57,027 bases of DNA, from sequence record DRR723986_6202. One strand, written 5' to 3'. This document shows, piece after piece, positions 1 to 8,817 of the stretch (its first letter is position 1; every line of letters starts with the position of its first letter). Made by a program: the position numbers and the translations under genes. Below the pieces are notes generated by a model. It did no database searches, was not told where the DNA came from, and was given only the letters and a program-made list of their open reading frames with translations.

Positions 1-1
1 G

Positions 2-50
2 CTCTCCGATCCCGGCTCGCGCTTCGCTTGGCCGGGATGACAATGGAGAG
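2..50. repeat. REP-like palindromic intergenic element (probably truncated by the window edge)
   Basis: ATCCCGGC(9-16)...GCCGGGAT(31-38) hairpin with outer arms CTCTCC(2-7)/GGAGAG(45-50). The minus strand reads GTCATCCCGGCCAAGCGAAGCGCGAGCCGGGATC, resembling short alphaproteobacterial interspersed repeats. Confidence 0.6.
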
Positions 51-63
51 GAGATCGTGAGTC

Positions 64-97
64 GGGGCAGCGGGTGTCAGCCGGCTGCCCCTTTTTG
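64..97 (+). terminator. Rho-independent terminator
   Basis: GGGGCAGC(64-71)/GCTGCCCC(84-91) stem followed by T6. Confidence 0.75.
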
Positions 98-134
98 ATC
101 GCAGATCGTGATCTTTTGATCTCGTCACATCCGC

Positions 135-1628
135 TTATGCCAATGACCGGACCTCTTGTTCCTCAGCCCGAAACGAGCCTGCCCTTGCGCCCGTGATTAC
201 CTGCAGCATCGGGGCAAGTTCCGGGTGGCGAAACCTGAAACCTGCGGCGACCAGTTTCGCCGGCACCACACGCTGGCCAGCCAGCATCGTCTCCCGGCCC
301 ATGTCGCCGAGCGCCGTCGACAACAACCAGGAAGGCAGGCGCAAGAATGCGGGGCGGTGAAGCGCCTTGGCCAGAGCCCTCGTGAATTCCGCATTTCGAA
401 CCGGCACGGGTGCCGTAGCATTGACGGGTCCGGCCAAATTTTCATCGGCCACCGTGCGGGCAATGATGCGGATAAGATCGTCCCGCTCGATCCAGGACAT
501 CCACTGGCGGCCAGAGCCCATCGCCCCGCCGCCACCGAATTCAAACGGCGTCAGCAGCTTTGCCAGAATGCCACCCTCGATACCGAGAACGAGACCGATC
601 CGCAAAAGCACGACACGCACTCCGTCCCGCTCCAGCTTTTGGGCCGCCTGTTCCCAGCGCTCGCAGACTTCGTGGACGAAGGCAGGTTCGAGGTTTGCGT
701 CTTCGGTCAGGGTTTCATCACCGCGCAGACCGTACCAGCCGATGGCGGAGCCGTTGATCAGGCAAGCCGGTTTGTTGTCAAGACGACCCACCAGTGCCTG
801 CAATGCTTCGGTCATTTGAACACGGGAGCCGATGATCCGGTCGCGTTTGCGGCTCGTCCACAAGCCACTCGCGATCGGGTCTCCTGCCAGGTTGACGATG
901 GCATCGAAGCGCTCGGCATTGTGGATCCGGTCAAGACTTGTGATCACACGGACAGGGTGTTCCAGGTCATCCGCCTTGCGCAGGTCTCGCGTGAGGACCG
1001 TGACGAAATGGCCGCCTCTCACCAGCGCTTCCACCAGTCGCCGACCTATGAACCCGGTGCCGCCCGTCACAAGGATATGCCGGCGCGGTGGCAGGGCTGC
1101 AACCAGTCCCGCCGGATCTGGACCACCAAGCCTGTCGCTGCGCGCGGCCGCAAGCAGATCCCGCGCGCTGAAGAGCCCGACACCAAGCGCCGAAACCGTG
1201 GACAGCACACTCCACCAGCCGTAGCTGACGGGCACCAGCGCGCTGGGGAGAAACGACCATTGCCACAGAACCGGTGCGGCCAGGACCAGGATCGCACCAT
1301 AGTTCAAGGCCAGCAGCGTGTGGTTGATCCTCTCGGTCCATGGCAGCTTTCGGGTCATGTCTTCCTCGACAAAATCCCAAAGCGTGATCAGCACCTCGGC
1401 GACAAGGATTGCCGTCAACAGCATGGTGAAGACCCCATGCGGTTCCAGCCAGCCGAAGCAGAGGAAGATCACCGCGTAGAAGAAATTTCGCACACCGTGC
1501 AGCCGCAGTTCGGTTTTCTGCGACGGACGCCAAGCCAGGCGCTCGCTGCCTTCATGGTGCACGAGCGTATCGAATGCGCCCATGAATATCTGGATGGAGA
1601 TCAACGTCCAGAGAACGGGATTATCCAT
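135..1628 (-). CDS. TIGR01777-family (YfcH/SDR39U1-like) NAD(P)-binding oxidoreductase fused to an N-terminal multi-pass membrane domain
   Basis: ILVTGGTGFIG, VNLAGDPI, SAIGWYG, LRIGLVLG and GSGRQWMSWI motifs. About 165 N-terminal residues with ~5 hydrophobic helices. ATG 1628 with GGAGA RBS just after the upstream stop. Confidence 0.9.
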   Translation of the reverse strand: MDNPVLWTLISIQIFMGAFDTLVHHEGSERLAWRPSQKTELRLHGVRNFFYAVIFLCFGWLEPHGVFTMLLTAILVAEVLITLWDFVEEDMTRKLPWTERINHTLLALNYGAILVLAAPVLWQWSFLPSALVPVSYGWWSVLSTVSALGVGLFSARDLLAAARSDRLGGPDPAGLVAALPPRRHILVTGGTGFIGRRLVEALVRGGHFVTVLTRDLRKADDLEHPVRVITSLDRIHNAERFDAIVNLAGDPIASGLWTSRKRDRIIGSRVQMTEALQALVGRLDNKPACLINGSAIGWYGLRGDETLTEDANLEPAFVHEVCERWEQAAQKLERDGVRVVLLRIGLVLGIEGGILAKLLTPFEFGGGGAMGSGRQWMSWIERDDLIRIIARTVADENLAGPVNATAPVPVRNAEFTRALAKALHRPAFLRLPSWLLSTALGDMGRETMLAGQRVVPAKLVAAGFRFRHPELAPMLQVITGARAGSFRAEEQEVRSLA

Positions 1629-1630
1629 GA

Positions 1631-2278
1631 TCAAGTCTCCATGTCATGAAAGAGTGCGTCCTGGTGAACCAGTTCACCGAAGACGCGGCTCTTGAGGGAA
1701 AGGGTGAACAGGAAACGGTCCTTGCCGAGGTCGCGGTGTGTGATCGTCAACGCTCCGGGCCGGAGCCAGGCGGGCAGCCGCAACCGCCACCGTCCGGCCT
1801 GCAGAAAATAGTGGTCGCTTTCGAAACTGAGACCGTCTGTCAGGGCATTCACCCGCAGTGCCATGCCAATCCCCGCACCGATATATTCCTCAATGCCGGT
1901 TGGGCCTTCGAACCGCTTGGAACTGTGGATCACCTGCGGAAAGCCAGAGCTACGCCCGTATTGGCGGATCCAGAACTGGCCATCGCTCGCAATATCTTCT
2001 GTGACGGTGACAACGGCAGGCTGGTTGAAAGAGGATCTGTCAAAGGGGAGTGGACCGCCGACAAGCCGCGCGAGCTGCGCCAGAATGCTTCCGGCAAGGT
2101 TCATCCGCATGGTCACGACCAGACCTTGATAGACGACACTTGCCCCGCCGCTCAGACGTTTGCCGAACCGGCGGCGGACGGCCGCTGGCAGGCCATGCCA
2201 GGCGGCTTCTCCCAGAAGGTCGCGAAAACGGCGGTCGCCAGCTTCGAGCCGCTCCAGAGTGGCGCTTGCGTTTCGCAT
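1631..2278 (-). CDS. DUF4166 domain-containing protein
   Basis: Pattern WxxLPxAVRRRF...W-x-R-x-Y...RLPAWLRPG..TITH...F.FTL...FGEL; ATG 2278 with GGAGG RBS; typical neighbour of GbsR and TIGR01777 genes. Confidence 0.8.
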   Translation of the reverse strand: MRNASATLERLEAGDRRFRDLLGEAAWHGLPAAVRRRFGKRLSGGASVVYQGLVVTMRMNLAGSILAQLARLVGGPLPFDRSSFNQPAVVTVTEDIASDGQFWIRQYGRSSGFPQVIHSSKRFEGPTGIEEYIGAGIGMALRVNALTDGLSFESDHYFLQAGRWRLRLPAWLRPGALTITHRDLGKDRFLFTLSLKSRVFGELVHQDALFHDMET

Positions 2279-2304
2279 TTCCAATCCCTCCTGTTATGTC
2301 GGTT

Positions 2305-2324
2305 ATTTCTGTATAAAGAGAAAT
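2305..2324. promoter_or_regulatory. Putative GbsR-family operator, copy 2
   Basis: ATTTCT-GTATAAAG-AGAAAT upstream of the DUF4166 RBS; same arms and spacing as 3001-3020. Confidence 0.65.
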
Positions 2325-2453
2325 TACGTGGCAAAAAATTTTGAGCCTGAATTCGAGTGGCAAGCCTACTGGCCTCTCACCCGATCTTATCTCGCTGTCC
2401 GGCACTTCCATGGGAGCTTCCAGGTAAGGCGAAGACCTGACTCGCCCCAACTG

Positions 2454-3011
2454 TCAGCCCTTCTTGCCGCCGATCTTGAGCAGCGAGAGAACCTTGTCGC
2501 CCATCTTCATCAAGCTGGCGAGTTTCGACTTCGGCACGCTCAGCATCTGCTCCGACCAGCGATCGGCAGTGGTCAGAAACTGGTGCATCTCCTGCATCCG
2601 CTCCAGAGCAACGGGGTCAAGTGTCTTTTCCTTTTCCGCCTGGCGCACACAGACATCGATAGCGCGGATCGCCGGATCGATCTCCCGTTCCTTGCGGCCC
2701 TTCGCAATCAGCAGCGCCATTTCCCAGACGTCGGTCTCGGCCACGAAGTGCTCCCGGCGATCCCCCGCGACAGGCACTCTCTGGATCAGCCGCCATCCGA
2801 CAAGTTCCTTCAGGGAGTTGGAGACATTGGACCGGGCAATGCCCAGTTCCTCGGAAATCTGCTCCGCATTCATCGGCACCGGGCTCAGGAACAGCAATGC
2901 ATGGATCTGCGCTACCGAACGGTTGACGCTCCACTGGCTGCCCATGTCCCCCCAATAGAGGATGAACTTCTCTTTTGCCGATGGATCGGCCTTGTCGGTA
3001 ATTTCTGTCAT
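2454..3011 (-). CDS. GbsR/MarR-family transcriptional regulator
   Basis: FILYWGDMGSQWSVNRSVAQIHALL...EQISEELGIARSNVSNSLKEL...GDRREHF winged-HTH signature. Confidence 0.9.
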   Translation of the reverse strand: MTEITDKADPSAKEKFILYWGDMGSQWSVNRSVAQIHALLFLSPVPMNAEQISEELGIARSNVSNSLKELVGWRLIQRVPVAGDRREHFVAETDVWEMALLIAKGRKEREIDPAIRAIDVCVRQAEKEKTLDPVALERMQEMHQFLTTADRWSEQMLSVPKSKLASLMKMGDKVLSLLKIGGKKG

Positions 3012-3046
3012 GACAGAAATTTGTGACGAAAATCGATTGATGTCAA
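3000..3046 (-). promoter_or_regulatory. Sigma70-like promoter and perfect 22-bp palindromic operator over the GbsR start codon
   Basis: AATTTCTGTCATGACAGAAATT (3000-3021). Minus strand: TTGACA(3046-3041)-N17-CAAATT-N6-ATG. Confidence 0.7.
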
Positions 3047-3101
3047 TGGCGAAGTTCGCCAGGGGATGCGGCGCGTGTCAAAAACTCAGCAAGACTGTCC
3101 G

Positions 3102-3572
3102 TCAGCGCCCGCTTGCGTGAGGCTCCAGATCGACACGGCCTCTGCCGGGCGTGCCAGTACCCCGGCCTGGAACAGGGGCGTTCATCCCGGATCCGGCGCC
3201 ACCTTTCTCATCCGCACTCACCGAGAGAGCTTCTTCCAGCACGGCCAGGCGGTCGAGAATGGCTTCGCGTTTTGCTTCAAGATCGGCACTGAGCCGGTCG
3301 ATGTGCTCAAGCTTTTTCAGAAGCTGCGGAATACCGCCTTCGCAAGGCCCGGACCCTTCGTCCGACAGGCAGGCGGCCATCGCACGAACTTCGCGCGTCG
3401 AAAAACCCGTGGCAATGAAATCGCGGATCCGGGCGGCACGGCGCAAGTCCGCGGCACTATAGCTGCGATAGCCGTTTTCCGAACGGCGAGCTTCCATCAG
3501 GCCCGACTTTTCATAGTGGCGCAGCATCCGTTCCGTAATGCCAAGCCGTTCGGCTGCTTCCTTGATCTGCAT
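3102..3572 (-). CDS. MerR-family transcriptional regulator
   Basis: MQIKEAAERLGITERMLRHYEKSGL...RSENGYRSY HTH; two Cys (ACLSDEGSGPC); ATG 3572 chosen. Confidence 0.92.
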   Translation of the reverse strand: MQIKEAAERLGITERMLRHYEKSGLMEARRSENGYRSYSAADLRRAARIRDFIATGFSTREVRAMAACLSDEGSGPCEGGIPQLLKKLEHIDRLSADLEAKREAILDRLAVLEEALSVSADEKGGAGSGMNAPVPGRGTGTPGRGRVDLEPHASGR

Positions 3573-3605
3573 GTCGAACCCTTTCAACACCGGACTAGGG
3601 TGTGG

Positions 3606-3640
3606 ACCCTAGCACCTTGACACTAGCGTCAGGGTCAAGC
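3606..3640 (-). promoter_or_regulatory. MerR-type promoter/operator, copy A (upstream of the MerR gene)
   Basis: TTGACC-CTGACGCTAGTGTCAAGGTGC-TAGGGT, with dyad TGAC-N6-GTCA in the spacer. Confidence 0.7.
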
Positions 3641-3683
3641 CCTGTTTTCCCGGAAGTGCTCGCTTCAGGCCATCAAGTGGCGA

Positions 3684-3715
3684 GGGGCACCCTCCCCATC
3701 AAGGGGAGGATGCCC
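3684..3715. other. Stem-loop between the SDR stop and the MerR promoter
   Basis: GGGCA-C-CCTCCCC-atcaa-GGGGAGG-A-TGCCC; no U-tract. Confidence 0.45.
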
Positions 3716-3739
3716 ATATTTGCCCTTGGTCGCAAATGC

Positions 3740-4513
3740 TCAGCCTGCCTGGCCCCGAAGCGACCAGCCACCGTCAATCGTGATCACCTGTGCGGTGAGC
3801 CACTCGTTGGCGGAACTGCCGAGCTGCAAGATCCACGGCACGAGATCGGAGGTCAGTCCGCGCCGTCCCATCGGAACCTGAGCTGCTTCTGTTTCCTCGA
3901 TGGTTTGCGCGACTTCCGGCGGCAGGCCCATCATGCCCGTGAGAGCGCCGCTCTTGACGGGACCGGGAGAGACGGCGTTCACCCGTACTCCGTCGCCTGC
4001 CAGCTCGATGGCCCAGGATCGTGTCAGATGCTCAAGAGCCGCCTTTGTGGCCGCATAGTGCGCCAGGCCCGGCGCCGCATTCTGGGAGACAGCCGTACCG
4101 ATGTTGACGACAGCCCCCTTGCTGTCCCGCAAGGCCGACTGGGCCTCCTTCAACAGAAGGGACGGCGCAACGATATTCACCGCACAGATTTCCGAAAGCG
4201 TTTCGGCATCATAGGCCTCGATGGGCAGCGGTTTGCCCGCGCCCGCATTGTTGACGACAAGGTCCAGGCGGCCCCATCGCCCCAGTGCTGCCTCGACAGC
4301 GCGCCGGCTGCCGGCCGGGTCGGCACTGTCGGCTTGTACGGCCTCGATAGCCTCGCTCTTGCCAGCAACGCCGGCAAGCTTTGACCCATCACGTCCCGTG
4401 ATGACAACATTCGCCCCCTGCCCGGTCAACGCCAGCGCGGTGGCCTCTCCAATTCCGGAGCTTCCGCCTGTCACGATGGCAACCTTGCCCTGCCAGTTTG
4501 TCCGTTCATTCAT
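3740..4513 (-). CDS. SDR-family oxidoreductase
   Basis: TGGSSGIG, NNAG, YAATK catalytic YxxxK, VNAVSPG. Confidence 0.92.
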   Translation of the reverse strand: MNERTNWQGKVAIVTGGSSGIGEATALALTGQGANVVITGRDGSKLAGVAGKSEAIEAVQADSADPAGSRRAVEAALGRWGRLDLVVNNAGAGKPLPIEAYDAETLSEICAVNIVAPSLLLKEAQSALRDSKGAVVNIGTAVSQNAAPGLAHYAATKAALEHLTRSWAIELAGDGVRVNAVSPGPVKSGALTGMMGLPPEVAQTIEETEAAQVPMGRRGLTSDLVPWILQLGSSANEWLTAQVITIDGGWSLRGQAG

Positions 4514-4561
4514 CTTGGCTTGCTTTCCTGAATTAACACCTGCGCATTGCGCGCCAAGACG

Positions 4562-4596
4562 GTGTTAGCCGCTTGACGTTAGTGTCAGGGTCAAGC
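4562..4596 (-). promoter_or_regulatory. MerR-type promoter/operator, copy B (upstream of the SDR gene)
   Basis: TTGACC-CTGACACTAACGTCAAGCGGC-TAACAC; near-identical to copy A. Confidence 0.7.
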
Positions 4597-4621
4597 CCGA
4601 TTTATTGAAAAAATAACCGCA

Positions 4622-5401
4622 TCAAGCTGGGTGCTGCTGGACGCTGAGGCCGCCATCGACAGTCAGACAGGCAGCGTTCATGAAGGGGCATTCGTCGGAA
4701 ATCATGAAGACAGCCGCTCTGGCGATTTCTTCCGGCGTGGCGATACGCCCGCCCGGATGCAGTCGCAAGGTCTCCTGCCGGGCCGCCTCGGGATCGGGAA
4801 AACTGTTCCAGTAATTGACCACCTTCTGGGTCTGGACATAGCCCGGCGCCAGGGCATTCACCCGGACATTCTGTGCGGCATATTCCAGCGCAAGGGACTT
4901 GGTGAGCCCCAGCAGGGCGTGTTTGGCCAGCGGGTAGGGAAAGGTGTGCGGGATGATGGTGAAAGCGTGTGTGGAGGCAATGTTGAGAATGACCCCGCCC
5001 CCCTGCTCAAGCAGACCCGGCAACACGGCGCGCGCGCAATTCCACGCCCCCTTCAGGTTGACGTCGAAGCAGCGGTTCCAGTCTTCGTCGCTCAGGGACA
5101 AAGGCTCGTCGAAGACATTTATCCCGGCATTGTTGATGAGCGCGTTCAACGGACCGATGGTCTCCTGCGCGCGCGCGACCACAGCGGCAACGTCATCCGT
5201 GTTCGTGATGTCCCCGGCGAGAGCCGTCAGATACTCTCCTTCCCCACCCAGATCCGCGACACTGCGGGCAAGAAGTGCTGCGTCCCGGTCCATCAGAACC
5301 ACGGCAGCGCCTTCGCCGAGACAGGCTCGGACGATGGCAAGACCAATGCCCTGTGCGGCGCCAGTGATCAGGATACGCTTTCCTGAAAGCCGATCAGCCA
5401 T
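4622..5401 (-). CDS. SDR, probable D-galactose/L-arabinose 1-dehydrogenase
   Basis: TGAAQGIG, NNAGIN, ASTHAF, FPYPLAKH; last gene of the araFGH operon; ATG 5401 with GGAGA RBS. Confidence 0.8.
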   Translation of the reverse strand: MADRLSGKRILITGAAQGIGLAIVRACLGEGAAVVLMDRDAALLARSVADLGGEGEYLTALAGDITNTDDVAAVVARAQETIGPLNALINNAGINVFDEPLSLSDEDWNRCFDVNLKGAWNCARAVLPGLLEQGGGVILNIASTHAFTIIPHTFPYPLAKHALLGLTKSLALEYAAQNVRVNALAPGYVQTQKVVNYWNSFPDPEAARQETLRLHPGGRIATPEEIARAAVFMISDECPFMNAACLTVDGGLSVQQHPA

Positions 5402-6287
5402 CGTTTTTCTCCCCGGTCTCCGACACATGCAGAAATGTCATCGTTATCGTTCCCGTCAGTCCCTCCCCCGGCTCCAGAACGCTCAGGCCACCGAGATCCG
5501 GCAGATTGTGACCGTTCGGCAGATGGCTCATGGGTTCCAGACAGACAAAGTCTGCAGGTGCCTGCGGGGCAAAGATCATCATCACGTCGAACACCGGATC
5601 GCAGCTGAGATCAAGAGCGAGCTCAATATCCGGCCAGTGTAGCCGGGCCTTGCCGGAAAAACCGCCGAAGGCATTGTTGATCCAGCGCGGCGGCACGATA
5701 CGCGGCATCGAAAAATCGAGTTCGGAAGGAATGTGCTGCAGACCGTCCGGAAGATGTCCCTCGCCTTCACGCCACATGTCTTGCACCTTCGTCTGCAGGG
5801 TCATGTCCGGAGTTCGGCGGAAAAACGGATGAAACCCGATGCCGAACGGCAGGGCCTTTTTGCCAAGGTTCGTCACGCGAAGGCTCAAGGACACGCAGCC
5901 CTCATCCAGATGAATCTTCTGGTGCGCCTTGAAGGCATAGGGACTATGGGAGGGTTGCTCCCTGACCAGGTCCAGCTCAAGCAAATTGCCGGTCTTTTCC
6001 GTCAGGTTCCAGGTATCCAGCCAGCCGTCACCATGCAGAACAAGCGGTTCGTCGGTGTTGGGCTGAAGTGTGAAGCTCTCCCTCCGGAAGGTGAAGCGAT
6101 TGCCGGCGATCCGATTTCCGAAGGGCACGAGGGGAAAACAGGCTGCCTTCCCCTCTGGTCCACCGGCAGCTTGCAGGATCGGCGTGCCTCGCCACGCGGC
6201 CTGGACAATTGAACCTCCCTCAGGGCTGGCGGTGACCACCAGATCCCCTTGCGCGAGCGTCCAGTCCTGCCCGGCCTCCACGGACAT
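5394..6287 (-). CDS. Aldose 1-epimerase family protein
   Basis: FPLVPFGNRI, LHGDGW, GFHPFF, FVCLEPMSH motifs. Confidence 0.88.
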   Translation of the reverse strand: MSVEAGQDWTLAQGDLVVTASPEGGSIVQAAWRGTPILQAAGGPEGKAACFPLVPFGNRIAGNRFTFRRESFTLQPNTDEPLVLHGDGWLDTWNLTEKTGNLLELDLVREQPSHSPYAFKAHQKIHLDEGCVSLSLRVTNLGKKALPFGIGFHPFFRRTPDMTLQTKVQDMWREGEGHLPDGLQHIPSELDFSMPRIVPPRWINNAFGGFSGKARLHWPDIELALDLSCDPVFDVMMIFAPQAPADFVCLEPMSHLPNGHNLPDLGGLSVLEPGEGLTGTITMTFLHVSETGEKNDG

Positions 6288-7228
6288 CAGCGGCTTGCTG
6301 TGGAGCGCAGGTTGTCGAGAAGCACCGCGATGAGCAGGATCAGGCCACGCACGACATACTGGTAGAAGGCCTGAATGTTCAGGAGGTTCATGACATTTTC
6401 GGCAATGCCCATGATCATGACGCCGACAATGACACCCGTCATGGCGGCGCGGCCACCGGCCAGGGAGACTCCGCCGAGGACACAGGCGGAAATCACCGAG
6501 AGTTCAAGGCCGGTGGCTGCATTCGGTTGGCCGGATGTGATGCGCGAGGCGAGCATGATGCCTGCGACAGCGCAGATCAGGCCCTGCAAGGCAAAGATCC
6601 AGATCCGCATGGACACCACATTCACCCCGGCAAGACGGGCCGCTTCCGGATTACCGCCAATCGCCAGCGTGTTCTTGCCGAAGACCGTGCGGTTCAGCAG
6701 AAAACCGAAAGCGATGAAAAGCGCACCCATGACCCAGATCGGCGTGGGGATGCCCAGGAAGCGGGACAGGGCGAGCTGGTAGAACCCGGGGTCGTTGATG
6801 CCGACGGCCCGGCCGTCGGACACGATCAGCGCCAGTCCCCGGACGATCTGCATGGTGGCCAGGGTCGTGATCAGCGCGTTGATGCGGAAACAGGCGATGA
6901 CGAAGCCGTTGACCGCACCCACCAACGCACCGCTAAGCAAAGCTATGATGAGCCCCATAACGATGGAGCCGGTCATGTTGGAAGCAATGACGGCGATCAT
7001 GCCGGTGAATGCGACCGTCGATCCGACCGAAAGGTCGAAATCGCGCGACGCGAGGCAGAACATCATCGTGCAGGCGACAATGCCGATTGTCACCACCGAC
7101 TGCAGCAGGCCGAGGATGTTGCGCTCGGTGAGAAAGTTGGGAACGGTCAGGGAAACGATTGCGAAGGCCACCGCGAAGATGACGACCAGGCCCTGGTCTC
7201 CGAGCAAAATTTTCTTGAGAGAATTCAT
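6287..7228 (-). CDS. araH: L-arabinose-type ABC transporter permease
   Basis: DFDLSVGS, INALITTLATMQIVRGLA, AIGGNPEAARLAG, SGQPN...ELSVISACVLGGVSL; stop overlaps the next start (TGATG). Confidence 0.9.
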   Translation of the reverse strand: MNSLKKILLGDQGLVVIFAVAFAIVSLTVPNFLTERNILGLLQSVVTIGIVACTMMFCLASRDFDLSVGSTVAFTGMIAVIASNMTGSIVMGLIIALLSGALVGAVNGFVIACFRINALITTLATMQIVRGLALIVSDGRAVGINDPGFYQLALSRFLGIPTPIWVMGALFIAFGFLLNRTVFGKNTLAIGGNPEAARLAGVNVVSMRIWIFALQGLICAVAGIMLASRITSGQPNAATGLELSVISACVLGGVSLAGGRAAMTGVIVGVMIMGIAENVMNLLNIQAFYQYVVRGLILLIAVLLDNLRSTASR

Positions 7229-7243
7229 CTGAAACGGCCCCGT

Positions 7244-8749
7244 TCACACCGTGTGGGCAGCATTTCTGTCCGGCAAGGCCAGGGTCAGAATGTTGCGCTC
7301 TTCAAAGGTTTCCCGCGCGAATTGGCCGACCATGCGGCCTTCGCACATGACGATGATGCGGTCGGAAATACCCATCACTTCGGGCAGCTCGCTGGAAACG
7401 ACCACGATGGCCATACCGCCTTCCGCAAGCTCGTAGAGGATGTCGTAGATCTCCGACTTGGCACCGACGTCGATGCCGCGTGTCGGCTCGTCGACAATCA
7501 GCACCTTCACACCCTGTTCCGACAGCCAGCGGCCCAGAATGACCTTCTGCTGATTGCCGCCGGAGAGATTGACGATGTCCTGCTTCCGCGATGGCGTGCG
7601 CACCTTGAGCCGGGCGATGAAGCGATCCGCAAGAGCTGCTTCCTTGCCAAGCTGGAGAATGCCGAAGGAGGACATGTGCCTGCGTGAGGAAATGGCTATG
7701 TTTTCCTCGATGGACCGCCCCTGGATAATGCCGTCGTGTTTCCGGTCTTCCGGACACAACACGAGCCCTGCATTGATGGCACCGCGCGGATTGTCCGCAG
7801 GCACTTCCTTGCCGTCGATGGTGACCGTGCCGCCGCGCCGCGTGTCCGCACCATAGACAAGGCGCATCAACTCGCTGCGTCCGGCGCCAATCAGGCCGAA
7901 GAAGCCCAGGATTTCGCCCTGCCGAACCGAGAATTCGGCCGGTCCGGGAAGCTTTTCGCCGCACATGCCGGACACTTCCAGCCGCACCGGCCCGAACGAC
8001 CGCTCACGCCAGCCCCAGATGTTGCCGATTTCACGCCCGACCATCTCGGCGATGATCTGGTCGCGGGTCACATTGGCAATGTCGGGGTGATGGGCTGCAA
8101 GACGGCCATCCCGTAAAACCGTCAGGCTGTCGCAGAGGTGGAAGATTTCCTCCAGCCGGTGAGACACATAGAGGATCACCGTGCCCTTGGCCTTCAACCG
8201 GGCGATCAGCTTGAACAGGATCTCGCTTTCCCTGGAGGACAGGGATGACGTCGGCTCGTCCAGTGCGATGACCCGGGCCTCCATCATCACGGCCTTGGCG
8301 ATTTCCACCATCTGGCGCGCACCGATGGACAGCGAAGCGACCTTGGCATTGGGATCGACATCGACGCCGATCTCCTCAAGCCGGTCGCGCACGGTCTCGA
8401 CCAATCGCCGGCCTTCGAGGACGCCACCCCGGTTGGGAAACCGACCCAGCCAGAGATTTTCCGCCACCGTCAGCTCCGGCACCAGCTGAAGTTCCTGGTG
8501 GATCACGATCACTCCGGCCTCAAAGGCATCGCGCACAGACCCGTAGTTCTGCTCGATCCCGTCGATGGAGATGGATCCGCTGTCCGCGCACTGGTCGCCG
8601 GAAAGCACCCGGATCAGGGTGGACTTGCCGGCACCGTTCTCGCCCATCAACCCATGTACGGCTCCCTTCTGCACCGAGAAGGAGATGTCCGACAGGGCCT
8701 GAACGCCCGGGTAGCTCTTGGATATGTTTTGTACTGACAGATAAGACAT
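7244..8749 (-). CDS. araG: L-arabinose-type ABC transporter ATP-binding protein (two ABC domains)
   Basis: GENGAGKST, LDEPTSSL, LSGGNQQK, VDEPTRGIDVGAK; ATG 8749. Confidence 0.92.
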   Translation of the reverse strand: MSYLSVQNISKSYPGVQALSDISFSVQKGAVHGLMGENGAGKSTLIRVLSGDQCADSGSISIDGIEQNYGSVRDAFEAGVIVIHQELQLVPELTVAENLWLGRFPNRGGVLEGRRLVETVRDRLEEIGVDVDPNAKVASLSIGARQMVEIAKAVMMEARVIALDEPTSSLSSRESEILFKLIARLKAKGTVILYVSHRLEEIFHLCDSLTVLRDGRLAAHHPDIANVTRDQIIAEMVGREIGNIWGWRERSFGPVRLEVSGMCGEKLPGPAEFSVRQGEILGFFGLIGAGRSELMRLVYGADTRRGGTVTIDGKEVPADNPRGAINAGLVLCPEDRKHDGIIQGRSIEENIAISSRRHMSSFGILQLGKEAALADRFIARLKVRTPSRKQDIVNLSGGNQQKVILGRWLSEQGVKVLIVDEPTRGIDVGAKSEIYDILYELAEGGMAIVVVSSELPEVMGISDRIIVMCEGRMVGQFARETFEERNILTLALPDRNAAHTV

Positions 8750-8769
8750 GACGCTCGCGCAACAGTTCC

Positions 8770-8795
8770 CCGGCGACCGCAAGACCGGTCGCCGG
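8770..8795. other. Intercistronic stem-loop between araF and araG
   Basis: CCGGCGACCG-caagac-CGGTCGCCGG, perfect 10-bp stem with no U-tract. Confidence 0.6.
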
Positions 8796-8817
8796 ATCAG
8801 GTGTCAGTCGGGACGGA

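Noticed and set aside
156-1649. 497-aa plus-strand ORF, and other long antisense ORFs (e.g. 43800-45281, 52340-54262, 19653-20828)
   Set aside because: They mirror well-supported genes on the opposite strand and have no recognisable motifs; expected shadow ORFs in high-GC DNA.
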